From Spirogloea muscicola (Eukaryota): a stretch of 64,000 nucleotides of DNA. This document shows positions 49,478 through 61,697 of this stretch, piece after piece. Numbering within the stretch: position 1 is the stretch's first letter; each line of letters starts with the position of its first letter. The notes under the pieces were generated by a model. That model saw only the letters and a list, made by a program, of their open reading frames with translations. It made no database searches and was not told the DNA's origin. Both the position numbers and the translations under genes were made by a program. The DNA is taken from contig WELB01000021.1 in assembly GCA_009602725.1 (NCBI GenBank), forward strand, positions 878,634-942,633, read 5' to 3'.

Positions 49478-50744
49478 CAAGGAGGCCTTGGCATTACTGG
49501 TGGCGCTGAAGCCCATTTTCATCTCACAAGGGAACCAATGTCTACTTTGCGTGAGTACTTTGTTAACACACACCAGCTTATACAGTGGTCCTCTGACATG
49601 TATAACCACCGTTTTGACCACTCTCTAAGGGGACTTGCTTCTATGCAAGCCCAGTGGTTAGCTTTCTTGATTGCAGTATTGTCAAGCTGCTCAATTTTCA
49701 GGATGCAGAAATTACAGCAGCAAAGACAACAAAATGCCATCTTGCCTTGGATCACCGCACAGGCATGCGACATTGTAAGATATAAGATGATTGAGTTGCA
49801 ATCACAGCAGAAGGCTAGTAATACTGCAATTAGCATTGCTCTGATTGGTTTGCTTGGACAAAAAATTGTGCTCTTGTTAGAGAAGGCAGCGGTAATAACC
49901 ATGGGGGCTAAGCATTGCAGTGGTCCACGTGTCCCTGCCTACGCGTTCTTGAAAAAACCACAGCATTAGCTCCTGTATATTTTGGGCTCACCATTCCATG
50001 CGTACCTAACCTACCTTGCTTGAGAGATTCCTTTGGTATCATATGTTGACGGACCTCGGAAAATGTCCAAATACCTCTTTTCTCAAAATGGTCTCAAGCA
50101 TTGTCATGGATATGGTGATGTTAGCCTCATATGTGATGCTCTGCGACCAACAACACCATTCACTACAAGGGAAGTGAAGCAGGCAATCTCAAAGGAGGCA
50201 TAGGCTGCAGCTGTGAGTGGGGAGCACTGTGGTCTGCAGCTGTGTGGGGAGCACTTCTGGAAAGAAGTCACAGGCACTGGTTTAGATAGTTTACAGATGT
50301 GCTCTTGACAATTTATGGTCTGAGAAACTGGTGCCGGGAGCTCCTTCAGGGAGGGGGAGCATTACGGCCTAAACATCTGCAGTCTCTGATAAGTTTTTGC
50401 CAGAGGCATGGGGCTCAGTCTGACTCTGCCGGCACGTCATACTCCTTCCTCACCAGCCGGTTTTGGACCCGCTTGGCGGGCTTGGCATCACTTTGCGGCA
50501 CCCATCGGTCCTCCCTGTCCCTCCCTCCTCGACCTCGAAACTGATGTTGCCTCAGCATTTGTTGGAGATTGCTACAATGGTGCAGCACGAAAAGTCATGT
50601 TTCACATTCAGGATTCAGCATATAGTAATGCTGAATCTGGAATAGAAAAGCCGCTACTAGTAAATGTAGTAAAGCTGACCACATCGCATTTATGCAACAG
50701 CAAGATCACTCAGTAGCACCAAAATAGGCGCAGATGGCTTTACC

Positions 50745-50885
50745 TACGTATGCGAAACTCCTGGGCTAGGGAGCCAGCGGCGTTGAAGTTGGCCTGCTCG
50801 CACGGCCTGCAAAATAGCGCGGCGCGCAAGCCAAGTCAATAGGTCAAGCCACGGAAACCCGAAAACCCCGTGCAATACAGATGCA
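50745..50885 (-). mobile_element. Internal retroelement ORF fragment
   Basis: VLHGVFGFPWLDLLTWLARRA matches the family motif HGAFGS.WLDLL.RLAR. Confidence 0.6.
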
Positions 50886-53800
50886 ATCAGGAGATCCTGG
50901 TTGATATTGCTTGCCATACCTGCGAAAATCTCAGTTGAAGTGGACAGTCTTGGGCATGTCAATGAGGAGGATTTCTTCTTGCATAGTGCATATCTTACTT
51001 GCATTCATCATATTGAGTTGTTATGGCAGCATCTCTTGCTGCAAGCCACAGAAACACTACATCTCAAGTAGAAAGAAAAAGTGAATCGTCGCTTCTGCAT
51101 GCAAGCTGGCAGTCATTTGTGATACCTGTTGAAAGCCACTGTCTCATAGCAAGTAGCAGACTACCTCATCAGGCCTTTATGAGTGGAAGGAGAGTGGAAA
51201 GAACTCGTGCATTGACATGTGCAAGTGAGGATCTTCTCCAGCAGATACTTCAACTTCAATTCTTGCACGCCATTTCAAGCTGATAATCTCTGAGTGCCAG
51301 GATAAGGAAGTCATTTTTTATCATGCTTGTTCCTCCCTGCCTGTGCTGACATACTCCCATCAACCTTTTTCTGCCATTCTCTATTCCTTGACCGAAGTGA
51401 GTATCAAATTGAGCCTTACACGGCCAAAGTCCCGGATTTCGCTTGCTCAGATTACGCTTGCTAATGACAATAGACACAGCACCTGCTCCGCTTGTACGCC
51501 TTAATTGTAGTTGTCCTGCATTACCATAGACAACCATACAGGCAGCCTTGTTGACGTGAGCTGCCGTGAGAACGAGCAAGCTGCACAGGCCCCATGGTCG
51601 CCTTGCTTAGTAGCAGGGTCTACAAGCATGCAAAGATGAGTTGTGGCGTTTGGCCCCTTGTACACAGGTAGGAAATGAATGTGCCCTTGTTAGCTTAATT
51701 ACTTAGGACAACCACCCGCCACGAGGAAGTACTCCAGCACAGCATAAGTCTTGCCCTGTGATGCTGCCGCTAGGCAGCGGCTCTACTTGGGTTCGCTCAC
51801 CGCAGACTTGCCTCAAACGGGATGCCGCCATGGTCTCCATGGCGAGCCGGCAACGAGCTGCGCAGCAGCGGTCTGCAACAGCAGACAGCAGCAGGGTTGC
51901 ACCTCTCTTAGAGCTTCACTGACTCCCCGACCTCCGGTCAGGTCTCTGCATCATATGGGTTCCTCCGTGCCACCCTCCCTCCAGGGTGCACGGCGGTCGC
52001 CTCCAGGCCCGCCCCGTGAGGAGCGTGCCCGACGAGGGATCCACGGGCTATCTCGACAGGTGCCATGCCGTCGAGCACGGCCGTGGCCGAGCATGCCAGG
52101 TGCATGTGAGGGCATCCGGACGAGCTTGGACGCAATAGACTGGACTGCACAAGTGCCAGGGCGGCATGGACCGCCCTGCACAAGGCTGATGGCCATGGTG
52201 ATCCGGGTAAGGTCCGGAAATTTGCCCACAAGTATGGACACCATGTAAGCGTTAACAGCACTCTTTGGCGCTCACAACCGTGGGACCGCGTTACATGAGT
52301 TGTCTGTTGGCTGTGATTATATGCATATTCAAGATGGATGAGAGGATATACATTGGAGACTTTGCCATGCTATCCACAAGACCATGCCATAACACGCTTG
52401 TAAGCACCAACTTGCCCCTGTTTTTGCAAGGATGCCTAGCTTATGCTTCTTGACATGATGCTTCTCCACCATTACCAGAATCTCAATTGCTTCCTTACTG
52501 TACACCAAGCTACTTTGGGAAGTCGTAGGAAACCTGTCACTTGGCTCATACTAGGCAGAGCCCCAACCAGATGTGATTACTGCATGCTGAAATGTCTCAT
52601 GCTTGAGACTTGCATGCCATGTGGTTCTCCAGTCATGGTGTATGCCTATGCTACACAGTTGGTTGATGTATAGGATTCAGCGCTTGACCACATGTGAATT
52701 TCTTGCTTGAAGTGCTCGACCACATGCGGATAGCCAGTAAGTTCCGCCGGGCTGACATGTTCTGTGCGCAATTTGGCCTCTCTGGGTCGAGTTTAAAGCA
52801 GTCAACAACTGCTTTCTTCCGGAGTGATCATCTATGATCGAAGTAGACACCTATAATTCAAAAGGAGACACCTAAATTCGTCGTCAGGATTTCTCAATCA
52901 GTACCGGGAGAAGCGTGAGCGCGTGCCACAACCAATCACGCCTATAACCAAACCACGCCAGGCCTTGGTGGCGGGCTCCAATGCGGAGGTTGAGGCTTGA
53001 TTCCTCTCAGAATGTACAATTCAGCTATCATCGCTGAAGATGACCTCCCCAAATTCGTCCGCAGGAAGCAGAGGGGAGCTGGTGACTTATTAGGCAGCAG
53101 GAGGAAGGGATGTGAGGATCGAAGACAGACCACACGATCTCTGCAACCAAGCTCCTGGACGCCCAGCAATTTGCACGCAGGGCCTGAGCTCGCGAACAAG
53201 AGCCCGAGGACAAAGTGGTCCGGGCACGTCTATGGGAGATTTTCGTGTAATGAAGTAATTGGAAGGCCAAAGTGGCCAAGTACAACGGCAAGCACATCTT
53301 ACGACTTACACTACCCACTGCAAATGGACCCACTCAGTAACCACGGGTCAGTCAGCACGTAGTATGGAGCTCCACCAGGCGGCAGCAGGAGCAGAGCGGC
53401 GACGGGCCAACGATCACTCACTCCTGCTGCCATGGTGCAGTACCACCAGGCGGAGCAGGCGATACCAGTTGAGCGTACAGCAGGTCAGTAGCAATCGGAT
53501 TGGACCCCAACGGTGTGCATTTGTGACTACGCTTGCTGTGTCCTTGCCTGGTCAGGCCCTTCATGACTCTGTGGAGGCCACTCGCTCGGCTGGGGTTTGT
53601 CCTCTCTCGTTCTGCTTCCTCGAAGATATCTGTCCTTCCTGTGAAGCTGGCCGATCTCTGCCCTCCAGGAAAGAGCAGAAGAAGAAGCAGCAGAGAAGAG
53701 AAAGAAGCAGCACTTTGAATGTAAGGCAATGCCGTGAGAGGCCAGCCCAAGAAGATCGGACAAGGGCCAGACGGGGCGTCGGCTGTGGAAACAATGTAAG

Positions 53801-54980
53801 CTCAATTAGAGGGGGCGAGGGCTGTGAAAAGCCAGCCCGAAAGAATGGGAAAAAGAAGTAAGCTAAGGTGAAGGTCTTGGCAAGCCTGCTGGCGGTGCTT
53901 GCAGATCTGGCTACGACCACAATCAGCAAATTTGTGGGTGCTTCTGCAGGCGGGCCAGTACTGGGACTGCTGATTCAGGTGGTGCACCTGCAGCACAGGC
54001 GAGACGAGGCTGGCCTGTTCTTCTCACCATGCACAAGCAGGAGAGGAGCATAGGCACATGCGACTCTCAAGAGGGAAGCTGCTTTTTTGCAGAGGGCGGT
54101 GGCTGAGGAGAGTTAGCCTGAAAGCAGGGACATGTGTCTGCAAGGAGACCATAACAATTAGACACAAACTCTACACAGCGTGTGGCCGTTGCATAAGCAC
54201 TTTACCCACGAGTCACGACTGCAAGTCAGATTGCAGTCGCAGCAGGACGACAGTTGCCTCGAGTGTCCCAGAGGCGGCAGTCAAGGACAAAAGCTGCCAT
54301 AGAGATGCATGCAAAAGGGCAGCTTGTGAAACTCAAGAAGGGCTGCGTAAGATACGAGGAGCGTGATTGATGGCAGCGGCGCCGTGCAGGCCAAAGTAGA
54401 TCTTTGCATGGTAAATGCATGATGGGGAACGGGCAAAAAACCGTTAGCATCGGAGAAGATTCTCGGACTTGCGTCGGAGACTATTTCTCGCAGCCAGTTG
54501 CACACCCGCCTCACCGCCACTTACTTTTGGACTCACACTGTTGTGAGACTGAAGCGGCTGGCGGCAGCGCATGTGAGTGCCATCCATGTGCGTCGACCTT
54601 TTTCTTCCCTTCCCTTCTTATAGCCTCCTCTCACAAGCCCAGTCTCTCGCGGGCTTCGCTCCATGCGGGTCACCAGACTTGGTGGGACGCGCTTGCATCC
54701 GACTGCGCGAATGGTGGTCATTGCTACTTAGTGGTACACGCCGCATGACCACCCCAATCGAGCTCAATCTGCTCAGCGGCAGCACGGGAGGCTCCAGCAA
54801 CCCCCGGTTGCGGACAACGCCCGCACGGCAAGTGGCTGTGGACGGCGCCGGTGCAGCAGGAGCCGGGAGGGACCCGCCTGGCCGACCGGCCGGCGGGCTG
54901 GCTAAGGCCCTCCGCCGTGGCGGAGCCCGCCCGCTTATTGGAAACAGCTCTTCCAATGTAAGGCAATGGTTGTGAGCTCA

Positions 54981-55410
54981 AAGAGAGAAGGGCTCGCCCA
55001 TTGAGGATAGGGGCTGGAAAAAGCCAGCCCAGAAAAGAATGAACAAACGACGAGAAGGGGCCAGGGGAAGTACAAAGAACAACAAGCACTAAAAAGAAGC
55101 GAAGCAGCTACGAAGCACTCAGTAACCCCTGCTAAGCAGCCTCAGGTCAGAGAGACTGGATTCCTGGAAGCGGGTCCCCTGGCCAGAGCCAGAGGCAGCA
55201 GCGAGGGCTCTGCCTGCACGCAGGTGCAGCGCGCAGGCCATAGTCCTCTGCAGCGAGACGGCCAAGCGCATGCGGTACACCTGCGCGAGCGACCCTGCTG
55301 CATGGGAGTCCACCGGCTCCCCATGGAAGCGGCGGACAATGGCGTGACGTGAGAGCTGGTTGAGCAGCTCGAGCCACCGAGCGCCCAGCGCCCCGTGCGT
55401 ATCGATGGCG
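54981..55410 (-). mobile_element. Retroelement 3' end nested inside another element's 3'UTR
   Basis: AIDTHGALGARWLELL...RMRLAVSLQRTMA...SDLRLLSRGY* plus hairpin. The flanks (54940-54976 and 55411-55440) are the two halves of a sister 3'UTR. Confidence 0.8.
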
Positions 55411-57084
55411 AGGAATGTACAAGGTCTGAAAGGGTCGGCCTTGGATTCCTATCGGGACGACCGTGGGACGACTGCCGGTGAACGACCCGGCCTGACGACC
55501 TCTAGACGGCGTGCATGAGCAGGTGCTTCTTTCTCTCGGCCCTTTCTGTCCTTCATCGATCCAGTTTTGGGCTGGCCATTCACATTCCATATCCATGGGT
55601 TATTGAGCTCCAAGCGAATGTAGTCTCTTGCATAGCTGTGTGATTCTGGCGGCGGCCCTTTGGACCTGTCCTATCTTTCTGGGCTGGCTTTCCATAGCCT
55701 CTGCCTCCTCTGGAAGCCTGTCCAAAACCTTCTGACTACCTGTCTCTTACACAGCCACAATCATGCAGGTGACTGCCAGCAGCGACAAACATCCATCCTG
55801 CTCAGCTCATGCTGCATTTGCCAAGCTTGCTCAAGGCTTCTGCCAGTTCTAAGCAGTTGTGCCGCAGCTCTTAGAAGTCAAAGAGTCGCAAATACAAATG
55901 CTTACCTCCAGTACATGCCACGCCATCCAGACCTGCAGCCCTAACTCACATATGCTCACATGTGCTCACATTTAGATTCTTTCAGCTACTGTAAGCAGAG
56001 CAGACAGCTCGCACCATTGTCACCACAGGTCTCAAGGACAGCCCCTTCGGCTGAAAGGGGTCTGGCCAGAGACTGCTGGGTCCGCTGCTTCTGCTTTGAA
56101 CGTGTAGCGAGGACCGAGCAGTTGCGTGGAGCGAACCCGTGGAGCAATCTGCATAAAGAATGAGCAGGTAAGTGTGCAACAACACATGGACGAGACGACG
56201 TTCTTGTGCATAGCCGACCAGCATATGCTGGCTCTTGATTCTCCAGTCAGGCTACAGCGGCACCTAAACCCTCACCGCACTGCAACTCACTGCATGTGTC
56301 GCACACAGGTAACAGCTGCGGTGCCGGACCTACCGAAGGTAAGGGTGCTCGGTGATTGGTGCGAGAATAGCAGCTTAGCACGTGCCACCACCTATCAAAG
56401 TGTTTCGAGGAGCTGGTTGCCAGGTAGTTGTGGCTCTCTGCAATGTCGAGTTCAACTTGGAAGTATCAGCTACGTTTTGCAAAAGATTGACGGACATCAT
56501 TAGTGGTGAATTTTGGAGGGTTGATGATGTATGACTATTCCTTGTGCTGCTGTGTGGTAAGCAAAGCAATCCCTATCATCAAGAACACATCGACTGTTGT
56601 CAGACTTACTGGAGCTCCTTGTGTATTGCCGTATTGCCGTGTATTACAAATCTGGGCTACAGTGCCCTGAAGTACTGTTGGACTGAAGGACTGTTGGACT
56701 TTGGAGAAGGTACAGCTGGTTATTGGCGAGCTTTACAACAGCCGCAGTCAACGGACTTGTGAACAACTGGCTCCACCTTGTCTTGCAGCAACAGAAGTGA
56801 CCCAAGGGCAGTGATGGTGCTGTCTGCTTCTCTAGGCCTAACGCAAGAAGCAGAACAGTAAGCTCTACGCTTTTTCCCAGCAATGTAGTCATGCACAACA
56901 ACTGATTTCAATGTCACAAGGCGTGCTATCTGACGTGTCTTCCTGGTAGACGTCTACAATGTTCTGAGCAGATCTCTTGTCGAAAGAGCTTATCATGCAC
57001 AAGTTAGGGAAGGCATGCAAATCTTCACCAAGTCTCAGCAAAAATGGCATTCCAGCTGGCCAAGGTGGTTCCTGGTAAACTTGA

Positions 57085-58441
57085 CCACCTTCTCATACCA
57101 TGATGAAGAGCACGACTTCAAGAAGGTTACTACTTTCGCAGAGAGCAAGTGCCATTCTTGCATGAATGAATCTACTATTTGATTCACTATCATGCATTTG
57201 TGTGCCTTTGGATCAGTGACTCTGTCATCTCGAGTGCTTTGCCAATGTGAGGTGCTGCAGATTAGTCAAGAAGGTGATTCACTTGCATGATTGCTTCTAA
57301 GTGTTCGCACTTGTGTAATAGCAAATGGAGGTGCTTGAAGCTTCACAAGCAAGAGCAGCCACAAAGTATGGTACTCTTGTCGTGGTCGATGTGTTCAGAT
57401 GTGATCCAGCTCACATTGGCAAAGCACTAGAGATGACAGAGTCACTGATCCGAAGGCACACAAATGCATGATAGTGAATCAAATAGTAGATGCACTCATG
57501 CAAGAATGCACTTGCTCTCTGCGGAAGTAGTAACCTTCTTGAAGTCGTGCTCTTCATCCAGCCGTGGTTTACATCCTTGGTGTATGATCAAGTGACACAG
57601 CATCTACTGAAGCGTGAGCTTCGAGCCACGCTTGACTACTGCATTGCAATCCTCAGCATCGGCAATTGTTTGGTCAGTGTGACGGATGCGTAAATGAATT
57701 CCTCTGGTGATGTTACACATGCACAACCTTTGCAGACCATTACACCGCCATATGGACCCATGGAGTGTGATTTCGAGCGGGGAGTGTGAGCTGTGCCTCT
57801 CTGCCGCTGCTGCCGCTGCGGCGCTGAGCTTTCTGATGTACATGGCCACCTCATCATCCCACGACGAAGAGCAGGACTTCAAAAATTTTACTACTTTTCG
57901 TAGAAGCAAGTGCCTTCTTGCATGAATGCAAGGTCTATCTGATCTAGATCATGCATACTTTTTGCCATTGAAACAGTGACCCTGTCATCTAGTGCTTTGC
58001 CAATATGAGTTGCTGCAGATTGGTCGAGAAGGTAATTCACTTGCACGGGCTGCTTCTAAGAATGTTCGCAGTTGTGTCACAGCAAATGGAGGTGCTTGAA
58101 TTTTCACAAGCAAGAGCAGTTACAGAGTATGGTACTCTTGTCGTGGTCAGGAATGGAGTGTCTATGAAATTCAGGGGTGATCCAGCCGTGGTTTCCATCC
58201 TTGGTATATCGAGTGACACAGCATTTACTGAAGCGTGAGCATCGGGCCACGCTTTTACACTGCATCGCAATCCTCAGCATCGGAGGATACAAGTGTTTGG
58301 TCAGTGTGTCGGATGCTAATTGAATGCCTCTGGTGATGTTACACAGGCAGAGCCTTGCAGCCCATTACATCGCCATATGGATCTATGGAGTGTGGTCTCG
58401 AGCGGGGAGTGTGAGCTGCGCCTCTCTGCCGCTGTTGCCGC
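57085..58441 (+). repeat. Diverged ~0.6-0.75 kb tandem duplication specific to right arm
   Basis: CCACC...GAAGAGCA(C/G)GACTTCAA at 57085 and 57846; GAGTGTGAGCTG(T/C)GCCTCTCTGCCGCTG at 57782 and 58407. Confidence 0.8.
57102..57558. repeat. ~150-bp inverted repeat (arms 57102-57251, 57410-57558)
   Basis: The second arm is the near-perfect reverse complement of the first and is flanked by duplicated ATCCAGC (57404-57410, 57556-57562). Confidence 0.9.
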
Positions 58442-59679
58442 GGCGGCGCTGCACGCGCAGGCAGCGAGCTGCCCAACGCAGCGCCATCCAAGACAAGGAC
58501 GGGGACCTTGCTTGCCGAGGAAGGCACCGAGGAGCTGGAAAAACGTGCGCTCCACAATCCAATTCGAAGGTGAAGTCTCCGTCGGGTCAACGGCTCCCTT
58601 CCACAAGCTCCCATTTGGAAGTCAACGGGCGGTGGACGAGGTCCTTCCGCCCAATCACGCGCATTCACCCCGCGCGCAGGGGTCATACGCACCACCGACA
58701 AGCTGGGCTGGCCGTGGGCCCGATGGCGGGCCGTGGGCCCGATGTGGGGCCGTGGGCCCGATGTGGGGCCGCGGGCCCCATGTCGTCCAGGCAGCGCCCT
58801 GCTCTATGCACCTGGCTGGCTTTTACAGACGCTCTTTAAATCAGCAGCTGCAATTTCTCAAGCTCGTCGCGACGCGCTCCCGCGTCCATGGCCGCCGCCT
58901 ACTCGACTTATCCTCTCGGCTTTCTCGTCTTCTCGGAGTGCAAGCCTGGAAACGTTGTACAAATGTGAGCGTGGAGAGAGACCTGGGGTGACAAAGCGGC
59001 CGCCCCGTCAGGGTGAGGCACGAAGCCAAGACGGCCACACCCCGGGAGGCGCAGAGTGGAGGAAGGTATTGCCCACTGCCATCGTTCAGGCAGCAAACAA
59101 GCGGCCATTGAGCACCCTGCGGCGTCCACAGCAGAGCGCACGGGCCAAGCGCTGTACCGATGGACAGCAAGTCGGGGCTGACGACGGCTGCCTCCAAGCA
59201 AGCACATTGCTGATGCAGGTAAAGCCTCATGTCACCTTCTCGAGCCCATACTTTGCGACCGACGTCATGGCTGCAACACCGGGCTTGCTGCTGCACACAA
59301 TCACCGGGCTCGTTCTGGTCACGCCTGGCCCCTCTTCACCTGCCTGTGCTTTGCCCTGCACAATATGCATGTGCTTGCCTTTGTTTCTGGTCACTTTGGC
59401 CCTCCGTCCCTCAAAACATGTTACTCCCTGTGCAATACTGAACCACGAGCTCACACCACGCCTTCCCAGCATTGATAACACGTTTCAGAAGGCAGCAATC
59501 ACGCAAGCCCAAACTTCCGATTTTGGCGAAGACTTACACACGACATGCACTTGGTCAAAAGCAATCAGCGCCAATTGTGGAGTTGATTGCTGCAGTGCAG
59601 AGGCAGCATTAGGAGGAACGCAAATGCCTTTATGCAGCGTTGGAAAATCACAGATGCCTCAGAGGCTTCAGCTTTCTTT

Positions 59680-59890
59680 CGCTCTCCCTCTCGCCCTCTC
59701 TACCTCTCCCTCTCCCTCTCCCTCCCCCTTCCCTCTCTCTCTCCCTCTCCCTCTCCCTCTCTCTCTCTCTGTCTCTCTCTCTCTCTCTGTCTTTCTCTCT
59801 CCCCCCCCTCACTCTTTCTCCTCCCTCTCTCTTACTCTTCTCTCCCTCTCTTCCTATATCCGTCTCTCTCCCTTCCTCGCTCTCTCTCGC
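59680..59890. repeat. (TC)n microsatellite
   Basis: Seen directly. Confidence 0.95.
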
Positions 59891-61390
59891 GCTCGCTCGG
59901 CGTTCTCAGCTGCAGTCGATATCTTGGCTGTATAGGTCCTCCTTTCCACACCCTCCTTGAATACTGCCAGTCTATGCTATGCAGGACGCGCAGATGTGCT
60001 TCCGGCCAAGATGGGCTTGCCAGCTGCATAATTTCCGTTCTTGCTCCATCGTGTGTCGGCCTTTTTGCAGCGTGCTCAGGCTCATGCTTAGCACCAGAAA
60101 GCGGGCGAGCTCTACTTGGTGGCAGAAAGGCTTGGATTTGCCATCCGATATTCCGGCATCGATTCGCGACCTCTTCGGGCTGACCCGTAGATGATGAGCA
60201 GGTGAATTTTCAGTGGGTAAAGTACGTCAACAGATGTGCTTGCCGTGGTACTTGGCCACTTTGGCCTTCCATTTTCTCAATACACGCAGTTTTCGAAAGT
60301 GCAAGAGGACTGTTGATTCTATTGTCACTTTATAATACCATGCAAATTTCATCTTCAGTATCAATCTCGTAACTGCGAGCATTGACAGTAACGTGCCGTT
60401 CATAAACGTACAGCTGCATGTGCTGTACCTCGGGGAACGCCCTTGGCTGTGACAGCACACATAATTCTCATGTCATCGTGCATCATCTTGACTGGACCAG
60501 CGAATCTTTGACTGTGAACGTCTGCTCATGCATTAGACTATGCATGATGGGCGCGATGGGGGCCATTCGAAGCACATGACTTTCTCTGCCGCAGTCGGCA
60601 GGGATTATCAGGGCCAGCATTCTGAAATTCAAGTCACTGCTGCAGTCGACAAGGTCCAATAACGCCAGCATCATAGTTAAAATAACTAGTCTGCTGAATA
60701 AGAGTAGCAATAGGGCTCGGTGTAAATTACGGATTGCTTCCTGTGTCAGATGCATTCACTCCCTACCTTCAAGAACAAGCGGTCTGATTGGTGCAGGTCC
60801 ATTGAACATGCAAGGGGTGGTAGCCTGCGTCTTGAGTCTTCAACGCAATGTTGGTCGTGCCACCAGATCGAGGATGTGCGCTTGCCGCCAACCCAGACCA
60901 TGCGACTCGATTATATGTCATCTGGACAATGTGGTCAGCACTGCTAGCTCGAGCAGAAGAAGCTCTTCCAGGGGGGCAGTGGCCATGGTAGCCAGCCCAG
61001 CTTTAGAACAGCACCTTGCTGGTGGCGGCTCATGGACAGCAGCAATTCGTGATGACGGTGCGCTCGACATCCACGCTTAGAAGAAGTTACAGATGTGGCG
61101 CAGGATACGCGAGTAGCCTGTCAAGTGGCCCGGCAGAAGCCGGGAGAGCGAGCCTGTGACTAGATTTGACGCACTTTGTTCATTCTGTTTTCTGGGCTGG
61201 CTAATCACAGCCAGCGCCCTAAACTGGAAAATTCATTCTTCTATCCCACGCAAGCGTTCGCGTCTCGAGGATGGGCTGCTGTCTATGCAGAGCAAGAACT
61301 GGCAATCCCGACGCGTATCGGAGGCTGCCGGGAAGCCGGCAGGGTATCGCGTGACAGCAGGCTGGCGGGAAGCGGAGAGCCCGGGCCAGC

Positions 61391-61561
61391 GCCACGTGGC
61401 GGCCGGCGAGCGGGGGCGCTGACCTGGGCAGCGGGCCCCGCACGGCCGGGCCCCCCCCCAGCCCACGCGGTAGTGGCGGTGGCGGAGTGGCAGAGCCAGC
61501 CGGCGCTGCAGGCGGATTCCGCTGCGGGCCGCCACCGACGCCGCCGCCGCGCCCATATAAA
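61391..61561 (+). promoter_or_regulatory. WRKY copy 2 promoter: G-box and TATA
   Basis: GCCACGTGGC at 61391-61400, CATATAAA at 61554-61561; W-box changed to CTGACC (61419-61424). Confidence 0.55.
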
Positions 61562-61697
61562 GCGCCGCGGGCCCCCGTCTCTCACAAGCTCGCATTGCCC
61601 ACCTACCGCCGCGGCGGCTCCCCGGCCGCTGCTCCTCACAGCCCCTGCTGCTAAGCGAGCGCCCCCGCCACTCCCAAGCCCTTGCGCCGTCTCCCCA

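Noticed and set aside
51751..52261. Overlapping GC-rich ORFs
   Set aside because: No motif or splice support that I can recognise.
58733..59935. 400-aa ORF and related LSLSLS/RERERE ORFs at 18.0-20.9 kb
   Set aside because: Their length comes from GC-rich sequence and microsatellite, and the frame is not conserved between arms.
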